Positions 12,260-21,900 of a stretch of 64,000 nucleotides of DNA are shown here, in pieces. The notes below the pieces were generated by a model. That model searched no databases. It had not been told where the DNA came from and saw only the letters and a program-made list of their open reading frames with translations. Positions within the stretch are counted from its first letter, which is position 1, and each line of letters begins with the position of its first letter. The position numbers were made by a program, and so were the translations under genes. The DNA is from Hormiphora californensis (lineage: Eukaryota; Animalia; Ctenophora), in NCBI GenBank assembly GCA_020137815.1, contig CM035352.1, forward strand, positions 5,270,001 to 5,334,000. Reading direction: 5' to 3'.

Positions 12260-14081
12260 GAGAGTGAGAGAGATAGACAAAGATAGACAGATTGAAGGAT
12301 AACAATTAACAATTAACGAGATATGCCGTTAATTATGGCAGTTATAGCCTAAAGGTGTTACCCCCGTGACACCACATGGGCCCGGGCATCCAAACTAATT
12401 TATTTAATTGGTTTTTGTACTAAATTATATTATATCTCAAAATTTTACAATGTCTTGAACACAACATAATAACACACCCTGTTTAACCCTGGGGTGAACC
12501 CAATATAATAACACACCCTGTTGAACCCCGGGGTGAACACAACATAATAACACACACACCGCTCCACAGCTATACCATGTCAGAGGACCAAGAACTGATA
12601 ACGCACAACCAGGTGTTAGCTCGGATCCTAGCTTCCCAAATAGTTAACCTCCTTACCCTCCTTCTCTTCTTTACCACTCCGAACCCCATCCGGAACACAG
12701 TTATCAAGGAGGGTTACCCTATAGTGTTCACCGTAATATTCGTCTACATCACTGCACCCTTTGTGTTCACCTACCTAGCAGTCTACTGGAGTTACTCTAT
12801 CGTCATGGGACTTTATTATTGTGTTGCAAACTCAGCTGTGCTGCTTGGCAACGCGTGGTCTTCACTCCTCAACTGTCTCACACCCAAACGGTTCACAGCT
12901 ACTGAGAATGAGCGGCTGGTGGAGAATGAACAGTTTGATGGTGTTAGTGTGGTGTCATTACCACCCTCCTACAGGTCCCTTCCCACAGGGGTCACTACTG
13001 ATACCAGGATGGCGTTACTGAGGGCGGCACTGAGTGACGTCACACGACACAGTGACGTCACAAGAGACAGTGACGTCACGGTTGCTAGGCAACAGGGGGA
13101 AGACCTACCTCCGCCTTATGAGGCTACACCTCCACCCGCCTACACACCTTTTGTAGCTCCACCATGATGATATCTTCTCTCTTATCACTTATCTACCAGC
13201 TGTACCTTCTCATTCTAGTAGAACCTTTCAACTATAAAATATCATGGCCCGGTCCCTGATCTTATTTGGGGTTGTGACGAAGTGGTGACAATGTTCAATA
13301 TACCTACCTTGCAGTTGGGGTTGTGACTAAGTGGTGACAATGTTCAATAGACCTATACCTTGCAGTTTTTCCGTTGCTCAAAATAACAATTTGGAACAGC
13401 TCGGGTGTTATCCAATTCTGAGATAGGATAGAATGTGACTGAGAAGTAGATCCTCCCGTTACATTTCCGGCCGTTTCTGGTAAGATAATATTCTCCCTCT
13501 ATCTGTTTGCGTTCTATCAATTTCTGAAGAGAGAATGTTTGTTAGAAGATTGAATTATTTTCATCAGATTACTGATGTAGCGTTTAAAAATCTGAATACA
13601 CAATTTTGTATTCTAACTTACACTGACTGTACATAACTCGTAAATCGAGAGATACAAGGAGCTTTGACTTACATCAAGAGGTATCCTTAGTATTCCCAGA
13701 TCATCATCTGCCACCAGATCATCATCTAGAACTTGGAGATCCAGGCTGTCTCCCTCGTGGCACACCTCAACCAGGTAGTACTGGTCCCACTTTGGGTCAC
13801 ACGTGTTCTCCAACACCTGAGAAGGAATGTTGAGTTAACAAGAGAAGAAAGGGGGGGGGGTGTTCTGGAGGATCTGGATACTGGGGTTAACACAAATGGG
13901 ATCGGAACTAACTAAAGACCCCTAGTTACGGTACCTTTGTTTTGGCGATGTTGGTGTTCCCGATTTTACATTTCACATAAGGATCAGACTTGTTTTTGGA
14001 GGTTGAGAATATTCCATCAGCATTGTACAACCTCTTCGCCTTTAAAATGTGGATAAACAACTGTCCCTCAAGGAGTACCAT
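158..14081 (-). CDS. C2-domain phospholipase D (plant PLD alpha/beta/gamma/delta-like architecture); 5' part, 3' end beyond window start
   Basis: GT-AG exons ~13935-14081, 13673-13816, 13359-13523, 8563-8749, 3568-3707, 824-993, 389-522, 158-255. They give a C2 domain (LFIHILKAKRL..SDPYVK..DPKWDQ..QVLDDD), [41 protein letters not shown], the first HKD motif ([24 protein letters not shown]) and [29 protein letters not shown]. One +1 frame break near 491. Confidence 0.9.
1961..2088. repeat. Short imperfect inverted-repeat (MITE-like) element just upstream of the nested GPCR
   Basis: gctatgcgaaagg..aaaatattgta..tttcaaagtgta mirrored by tacactttgaaa..tacaatatttta..cctttcgcatagc. Confidence 0.55.
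2137..3252 (+). CDS. Orphan rhodopsin-class (class A) GPCR, intronless, nested antisense in a PLD intron
   Basis: 371-aa ORF with seven hydrophobic segments: GLVLN (TM1), LLYLFIVITD (TM2), C..LSVAR (TM3, DRY replaced), NPCVY (TM7 NPxxY). Confidence 0.9.
   Translation: MTHTLDFLFGIVELGSALVGLVLNPLTIAYFYRNRDQLSSLLYLFIVITDIGSLLSCLPSSLSMLNNRVPMLLSSPVICTLSGFVFNITSRFSVFLIGLLSVARALTLLLPFRTIPRIAYIIPLIVCLVFNVLLASAPLAFSNDGYHYESFKAQCSWGVGELNFVGSSNTTLWRGITYSTIILPWLIPGCVVIISCFLCITILAKSDRRKRAMVRTTKKAYSYRHITVTILLMTLVYTLFNGPCWVLYTVLLSSKLHPISWLQAETGLYIHIFVSRLSVSLNAAVNPCVYFTRIAGLRKLGVGEVAPNNNMSSSVPRGPKVEMGEVAGKGRGSVETEFQRVSSMRRASSAVVMGGWHGNCRGHRPSLHHSM
4002..5683. mobile_element. Non-autonomous DNA transposon with poly-G TIRs and 8-bp TSD (Merlin/MULE-like); internal ~59-bp tandem array
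   Basis: TIR GGGGGGGTTCCAACCTATTT...AAATAGGTTGGAACCCCCCC; TSD gtcactct at 3994-4001 and 5684-5691; uninterrupted site visible in the sister unit at ~5914; tandem cgcttagaaaatacgattcgagaaa.. units at ~4330-4870. Confidence 0.9.
6020..6063. repeat. (TTTGG)n pentanucleotide microsatellite
   Basis: Direct reading. Confidence 0.9.
7250..7420. mobile_element. pogo/Tigger-like (Tc1/mariner superfamily) MITE
   Basis: TA|CAGTCGGACCCCGATTTA...TAAATCGGGGTCCGACTG|TA; the empty site gcattatattgg is present in sister repeat units. Confidence 0.9.
7525..7875 (+). CDS. Secreted single-domain beta/gamma-crystallin-like protein (116 aa), nested antisense in a PLD intron
   Basis: Signal-like N-terminus MKMLIVLCATLLVAAHC; Greek-key signatures FDNQVSS, GNWECFKDNSYQG, WNNVISSCRV. 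The track ORF start (7396) lies inside a MITE, so ATG 7525 is preferred; TATA-like CATAAAA at ~7483. Confidence 0.8.
   Translation: MKMLIVLCATLLVAAHCGDCSTNELSLFPNTEQEGGVVLNEDIEALSAINFDNQVSSYYAACGNWECFKDNSYQGEKFTIVEGASGVWDDEWNNVISSCRVVAVKSARAAIAFLGA
7977..8148. mobile_element. pogo/Tigger-like MITE (same family as 7250)
   Basis: TA|CAGTCGGACCCCGATTTAACGG...CCGTTAAATCGGGGTCCGACTG|TA. Confidence 0.9.
9486..10093. mobile_element. Nested TIR element with 4-bp direct repeat
   Basis: acta|CTAGCCTTCCCTATTT...AAATAGGGAAGGCTAG|acta; absent from the 29779 copy. Confidence 0.85.
10673..12424 (+). mobile_element. Helitron/Helentron(DINE-1)-like non-autonomous element, copy 1
   Basis: Starts a|TCATAGC and ends CTAAA|tt with no clear TSD relative to the empty site (aaagaa|ttatat at ~30520); 5' short IR (tagcactggca/tgccagtgcta), ~119-bp internal tandem repeats, (GA)n enclosed by an ~88-bp IR; second copy inverted at 58207-59870. 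Confidence 0.75.
12577..13167 (+). CDS. Orphan membrane protein with PPxY motifs, intronless, nested antisense in a PLD intron
   Basis: 196-aa ATG ORF with N-terminal hydrophobic segments and C-terminal LPPSY, LPPPY, PPPAY; acceptor ctccacag 7 nt before the ATG. Confidence 0.7.
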   Translation: MSEDQELITHNQVLARILASQIVNLLTLLLFFTTPNPIRNTVIKEGYPIVFTVIFVYITAPFVFTYLAVYWSYSIVMGLYYCVANSAVLLGNAWSSLLNCLTPKRFTATENERLVENEQFDGVSVVSLPPSYRSLPTGVTTDTRMALLRAALSDVTRHSDVTRDSDVTVARQQGEDLPPPYEATPPPAYTPFVAPP

Positions 14082-15295
14082 ATCACACACGTGAATCTGA
14101 AGCTGTGGCTGCTGTATGAGGTTATAATTTATCAGAATCAGAGAATGTAAACTGTAGACAGACACACGAATATCAGGAAAGTGGTTGCAGATCTGTAAAT
14201 TAGCTGTGTGTGTGTGGTATTGTGGTCGTTATATAAGGGTGCAGTGTGTTTTTGTGTGAGCTGGCTACGATAAACGGGGGGATGAGAGAACAATGTTCAG
14301 TGAAAACTGAATACCCAATGTTTTAGCAACCTCTTTCCTAAAAAAACGAAACAAACCTTTGGGGGTTTAGTGGCACAAGCGTGCCAATTTAATTTATGTG
14401 AGTATGCAGGATATAATGTGTGATCCTTTATTTCCAAAAAACGAAAACTTCTCTAGCTCACTCCAACAATTTACCACCTCACAACCTCTCTGCGTGCACC
14501 ATATATATATATTGGCAAAATAAGTTATATCAAATGGGATAAAAAAGTTAGTTACCCTAGAAAAAAATCTTTCACAGTTTTTCTCCTGTCTTACCCTTCT
14601 CACGATCATTGCATTGAAGAACACACGCTTTGTATACCACTAGATATATGTAGAAGCTTGAGACTATTAGAGCCCCATCCTAGGAATTGGCCTGATATAA
14701 TATGCCCCTATTATACTAGGTCAACTATTAGAACATTATCATGTATATCCCAACAAAATATATAATACGTTAGCTATATTATCGTGTTTTACTTATCAAA
14801 CTTATCACACAAAATATTATTTACAGCGTGATCCAGAATGACCGGTATTAGGCCGTTCCTCATCCTTGTGCAAGAGCTCTTTTGGCACTGACAATGTGTC
14901 CTGCGATTCTTTTCAAATCATTCTCTTCTAACTCTCAAAGAATTCAAGAGAGTTGATCATTGTGGATCACGCTGATTAAACCTAACCGACATTACGTCAT
15001 TTTAACGTGTCACTGCACTACTGACGTCCAATTCAATAGTTATCAGGTCCTTGTCTCAATCCTAATCTGCGATAGAAGCTTTCTCTCAGAGTTTCTTTTC
15101 TTTTCTATCTCTTTTTCTGACCTTTCTTTTCTCTTACTTTCACCCTCTCTCTCTCCTCGAGGCGTGTTGCAATATATTCAACTCTCAAACTACGTCATTA
15201 TGCCCAGCTCTTCACTGTTGACGATCATCATCACTTTCATCCTCGCTTTGCGTTGGGCTCGACGGGAAGCCCCTGAGGGAAAATAGGGTGAGCTA

Positions 15296-15468
<173 letters not shown>

Positions 15469-15977
15469 TACAACTGTTAACAAGTAAACGGGTGGTTACT
15501 ATTCGAATCGGTTGAACAAAGAGAATCGATCGTGGGGGAGAGAGGGGAATAAATCCTGACAATGTATTTGAACCCAAATAACCTAACTCAATATAACCCA
15601 AGTTACATTATTAATTGTTGAACACAGCCCTAATAACCTAACTCAATATAACCCAACTTACCTTATTAATTGTTGTGGTTGGAGGGGCGAGATGAGACCG
15701 GGGCGAGGATTGTATAGGAGGGTGTGGATAGAGGATGGGAATGGAAGATTTCCTACCACTTGCATGGGGTTATACCTGGAAAAGTTATGAGTTCCAAAAC
15801 AAATTCAAAGAAGGTACATAATATCACGACATGTCAATTGAGCCTTGAGGTAAATAATATAATTTGGTGAAAGTAACAAGATGAGATGAACGGTGAGTGT
15901 GATATTACTTGGTAGTGTTGGTGTGAGCTGCAGTGGAGGTTTGGGCATCTTTCGCCATGAGAAGTGCTGTCATGATG

Positions 15978-18900
15978 TCACTGTGTGTGTGGTGAGAAGA
16001 GTGAGACATGTAAGAGAGATGAGACTAAATGAGATGAGTGGCATTTTAATAAACACTGTGAGGGGGGTGAGAGTGATATAATTGATAGTATCCACCCACT
16101 CGGGAGAAACAACTCATAATTACCACTCACCCAGGAGGGGGTCCGTGGATTACCATGGGGAGACCTAGTATCCAGCCTCGTTTTATCCAAGTCATGTAGG
16201 GAGGGGTGATAGGAGGATGTAGGTTGGGAGAGGTGCTGGATATTCCGCAGATACATCAAATCCATACTCTCCTTTGACATTAGATCTTTCCTAAATGGAC
16301 GGTAAGAAAGATATATCAAATGGCTGGAAAGGGCCATAATATATACAGATTATAACAGCTCTAGTGAGCTCTAAGTTGGGGCAGTTGGGCCAGGGTTGGA
16401 CTTACTTATCCATCATGATCCTATTAGGGCCATTGCCGCCATTACCCGCAGTTGCATTGCGATTCATCACGTGCTGAAATTAGTGAATCATTATAAGAAC
16501 ATTTTATCACTGATCAATCTTAATTATTCATTCTCTGGGTGTCAAGTTTATGAAACCCAAACGAAGTATAAACTATCACAACTTGCGTCAGTGCGATATA
16601 CAATGGCGAGTGAATTCAATTAACAAGCCTGCTTACATCATTGTAAGACCCTGAAGAAGAGCGAGATCTCTCGTTTTGTCGATGTTGTTGCTGCTGCTGC
16701 TGCCCACTACTAGGGTTAGAACCGGGTGAGAGGGCTAACTCGTGTAACAGATTAGCTGCTGCACTTCCCGCGTGACCCTGTAACAAGGTAAAGGTTGTTA
16801 TACCACACTGAATAGCCCCTCTCAAACTTGGTATCGAAGACACCTCACACTCTGTCACGCGCGCTGGTAAGGGGTAACTTCGTAACCAACTCTCAAACAC
16901 AACACATCATTCGCACACACATGTTGAATGTCTTGTGCGGCCTCCAATATGAACAGTACAATGTATACCTGGTGGAAGGATCCGTGTTGGTTTTGTTGCG
17001 ACTGCTGCTGAGAGGTAGGGTAATCTGACTGGTCCACAGATGGCTCATACGTCAGAGTATCCTCGTGACTACCATAGCTGCTATTATTCTGGGTGTCTCC
17101 CACCGCATCAGGTGGGGACGAGTGGTTTACCATTATCTTGTTGGGTGAGAAGGCATCCGGAGAGAAGGCTGTTGTTGGACTGAAGTTTGAGGGGGACACT
17201 TTTTCTGGGGCCTAATGGAGCGAGATGTTTGTTTGTTAGGACATCATAGGAACCTGATAAGGTCCTGTTTAGATCGGGGAAGCTGATGTTACCTTTCTTG
17301 TGTCGATGTGTCGTGTTAGGTGCTGCATTCTCAGGGGGATAGTATCGAGGGCCGAGCGAGAGTGCGTGAAACTGCAAAATAATTGGTTTTTGGTTTGGTT
17401 TGGGTCGCTCATCTGGGACTGTAAACAGTCACACAGCCAATTATACCAATTATTTTCTTTAACTAGTATAACTAAGTTACTGAGAAGAAAATAATTGGTA
17501 TCATATTGGTAGGCTTTGCTAGGAACTAGGGAGGTGCCGTGGTGGCAAAAATAAGTTTTGTCCAACACGATTCCTTTGAAATTTCACCTCAGTCAACAAA
17601 CATTCATGTCCTTCAAAATCTTTAACCATTTAACTGATATCTTTATTTATATCTCTGGGGAACATCTGTCATGACAGATGTTCCCCAGAGATATAAATAA
17701 AGATATCAGTTAAATGGTTAAAGATTTTGAAGGACCCCAGGTGGATCCACGTCCATGGATAGATAGAGTTGCTCCCCCCCCCTAATAAGCATGTAACTAG
17801 CGGTTACCTGTTGTGATTGGTGGGTGGTGGTTGTTGCATACTATTCTGGTGCTGTATAAAGCTCTGGTGGTAGTGGTTGTTACTATTGTTGGTCTGGGAG
17901 GGGTTACTGTAACTGTTGGATCTCTTCACGTGGTTACTGTTATTGTTAGTACTCCCTCCTCCCCCTCCGTACTGGGAGTGGGAGCGGCTGAGGGAACTGA
18001 AATGGGATAACCAACTGTCAAGCATCCGGGAGTGGGGGTTAAGAGAGGAGTTGTTGAGGAGTGCATAGTGGATGGATTGGTTGTTGTTGGTGTTATTTCC
18101 TCCGATGGATGGTGCCCGGGGTGTGGTGGTGATGGGAGGTGGAGGTGGTGGTCGGGTGGGTGGTAGCTGGAATGGAGCTGAGTGTGGTCGGTGGTGGTTC
18201 CCTGATCCAGGTGCTGTGGATGAGGCAGGGAGTTGTGATGGTTGGTCTGTAGTAGTGGAACTGTAACCTCCGTTAGTGGGGTGAGGTGGTGGTGCTGGTT
18301 GTCTGAACTGTTCTCTGAAGTGAGAGGTGAAGTGAAGAGAGAGAAAGGTGGGGTGAATCTGAGATGAGAGAGATGTTTTGGATAGATAAGCGAGGTGTAT
18401 GGGGGTGCAGTGGAAATGGTATCTGAGATGAGGGGTGAAATTAGTACTGATTGATGAAAACAAAAGATGTACTGATTCACGAGTGAAGTTGCCTCAACTC
18501 ACGTGTTGGTAAACCGCATCTGTAGGTCGGGTGGGGGTCCATGGTGCATGGGTATGTGAGGCCGCAGGTAGGTGTTGTGATGGTGGGCTCCAGGGTGGGC
18601 CCCAGGGTGGGCACCCGGTGGGAACATGCCCCTCACTCCCCCTCCAATCAGGGGTGCTTGTGCCCGGTGCATCTGGTCCATTGCTGAGAAGTTTGGCAGG
18701 TTCTGAGAGGGAGATGATGTTAGCCGCTGGTTGGGAAATAGGTTTTAATGAAACAGGTAGGAGTTGGAACAAAAAATAAATAAATATATTCCCCTTCTAA
18801 CTAACATAACATCTGAATGACCACTTACCGGACCAGGGAATGAGGGTGCAGGGGATGGTTGTCGGGTGGGAGGGGTTGAGTCCAGTTTGGGGGTGCTGAA

Positions 18901-21900
18901 CATGTTACCAGGAAATAGAAGATTCCAATGATACACATTTATCCGTAGTAGATTGTAGTGCTGTGGAAATAAGGGGGGGGGGTAAATCAGAGGTTGTTGT
19001 TCTTGTTGAAGATCCAGATCAGAGGTGCTGTTTCTGGCTAGAAATGCACCAGTATTTCTCCTTTCCTACGTTACTCACCACAACCCCAAGATTATAGAAG
19101 AATTCCACTAGTTTGGGGTCATCGGGCAGGGGATTCCTCTCGTCGCAGTACGGTGGGGGGTCAGAGAAGTGGGGAGCGGCACGGCACAGCATCGGGGGAA
19201 TGTTCAGAGGGAATGGTGAAACATACTGAAGCAGAAAATCGGTTAGACCAGGATTGGGGATACCAATAAACTGAAGTTGAATTTGTACATTTGAATAGTT
19301 TAGACTGACAAACAATACCTACCGATTCAGGGAAGACTCGTTTAATATTGACCGTGTGACCATCAATAATAACAGGATTATCTTTGTGTGTTAGTAGCAG
19401 GTTCTCCATCTGTTCCGAGGTGTCGAAAGATACAAATCCGAACCCCCTAAATATGACTGTTACAGTATCGAGTAAAGGAGCCAGGTTGGCTACATATTGC
19501 ATTTCTAAATATATCTAGAGTAATTTACATTCTATTTTTAGCATCTTTTTCACTTACTTGTTTCGTCCTGTGAGTTTATCCCACTTCAGAAAGTAGCTGC
19601 TTATTTTCCCGAACTTTGAGAAAACCGATCGGAAGGTATCAGGAGTGGTTGAGTGGTTAACCCCGCCAACAAACACTCTGTGTTCTAGATAGTTATCGTC
19701 ACCTTGCGACTGAAAGAGAAGGGCGGTTAGAAACAGCACCGTTTGGTGTGGGACTGAAAGGGGAGGGGGCGGCTTAGAAACAGCAATGTGTGGGACTGGA
19801 TTTACCCAGTGTTATCATAAGATGGTTGGCAGTGAAATTAGTCCATGGTACTCACACTATTGGAAGAGATACTGCCACGGTGGGTCGATCTCCTACTACT
19901 GAAACTGGTCGGGGTATATGATCGCTCCATTCCGGGTGTAGTCTCATCTGAATAGTAGCTGTCTCCCTCGTCTGACCGCCTCTTTTTCTTCCTCTTCTCC
20001 TCTCTCGATCGAGAACGTGAATTACTCTTCGTTGACTCGGGGTACTGTTCAGCAAGTCGAAGGTGTGCTATTTCATCCTGTAGCCTGTACATTTGCTCCC
20101 GTACAGATTGCATATCCGTTTCACACTGAAAAAAAGAGGAATGTGAGAGGGTGAAGCACGGGAAAATGATAGAAAGAATGGAGGAGAAACAAGAAAAACG
20201 GCTCTTGAAAACCCAGAGGCTCGGGAAAAATCTGGGAGGGTCGCATGAGCGCGCGAGAATTTTAGTGCTAACTTAGCGTAAACTCTAGCGCTCCCACTGC
20301 AACAAGCGGTTGGCGCGTTACATTCATTCCACAACTTGGCACACACTGATAACGATCCCTCGCCCCGATACAGATCAGAGCGCATTGCTATCTAATCAGT
20401 CGATCTTACCCCACGAGTCTTGGCGTCCTCCAACAGCCTCTTTTGATCGTTAAGTTCATCTTCTAACTTCTCCCTGTCAATCCTGGATCGGGTCATCTCC
20501 TGCTCATCAAGATCACTCGCTAGAGAGCTCACTGATTCAGACTTGCGGCCTGGAAAATAGAGAGGGGGGGGGGGGGAAACAAGGTGTAGTAGTGAGCAGT
20601 TTTGTATCTATATCACCAGTTACAATCAGGCGAAATATCCTAGAGAGAGTTGCCCTTCTCAACCCTCTCTAACCGCGAGATATTATTTAACAAAGTAGGG
20701 ATAGAAATAGGGGAGAGTGAAGAATTATTCTTCACTCCCTCATTAGTATTATACTAAAGGATGACAAAGGGAACAACAATAGGAAGAGAAAAAAGCGGCC
20801 CGTCAAGCACCCCCCCCCCCCCCCTTTCAACTTGTGTTGAGTGTAAAATATTTAATACAACATTAACATGTGCTACAGCAGTTTGTGTATTTGGTAATTT
20901 GTCTAGTTGTTCATTGTGTGTTATAGCAGGTCATTGTTTTTACATTTCACTAGCATCACCCTGATGTTCACCATTGACTCTCTCACTCTCTCTCTTTCTC
21001 TTTTATATATCTCTCTCTTTCTCTTTGATATCTCTTTGATTCCTCCTGATTTCTCTCTTTCTCTCAATCTCTCTGATCTATCCTGTCTATCAGTCTTAGT
21101 CTCTTTCCTAAGTGATGGCACAAGACACCCTCACCCTAAATATCTCTCGCTGTTACTGTCTCTTTATGATCGAGATATTCACGTATCTCTCATCTATAAA
21201 ATAATTTAAAATAAAATATCATCTACATAACGAGGTATAAATCGCCTATTAGACGAAACCAAAACCACACATACACACTGCATGCAGAAGGCAAAAGAAA
21301 ACATACAACGCATTATGCTTTTCACCCTCTCACACACACACACACCCCAGCAACATTTTAATTGCCGTACATAGCAAAGCTGCGAGTTGGTGTGGGGGCC
21401 TTGACGTCAGTGCCAAGCGCACTATTTTATAAAGTGTGCCTGGGGCTGAATTGTTCATACAGTAGGGAGGGACAGCGATTCTAGATAGAAAGATACGCAT
21501 GACGCACGTCGCACCCCACCCCCACTGGGCATTGTATCATGTATTGATATGTACATTGTACTGATTGTACTGATTGTACAACTTACTATCAAGGTTGCTT
21601 CCCCTGTTGCTGTACTCCACGTGCAATTGCCGACCGAAGAACATGAACCCGTTGGTGTTCTTTATTGCCGTAGTGGCATCTTCAATGGTAGGGAAATCCA
21701 CGAAGGCGTAGCCCTTGTTCCGTTTCGTCATGTGATCCATTACCAAACTGCAGAAGAGAGGGTGGATAATGTCATTTGTTTTGTTTGCTACAATTTCACG
21801 TATGACGTAGAGAGGAGAGAATCTACAACCGTAGAGGGGGAGAGAATCTACAATCGTAGAGGAGGAGAGAATCAGAGTAACAAGTAACTGAAAGCATCTT

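Larger units (their letters stand above)
9327..12452. mobile_element. Hairpin-rich interspersed element (host of two nested insertions); uninterrupted copy at 29779-30551
   Basis: 9327-9485 + 10094-10672 + 12425-12452 match 29779-30551. Two adjacent modules, each with its own inverted ends (attttattatgcctat/ataggcataataaaat; cattgtaaaatttt/aaaattttacaatg). Confidence 0.85.

Noticed and set aside
16616-16640. TGA at 16616 as the RRM gene stop
   Set aside because: A donor at ~16636 links in phase to further exons (16406-16473, 16131-16291) ending at TGA 15978; it may still be a minor isoform.
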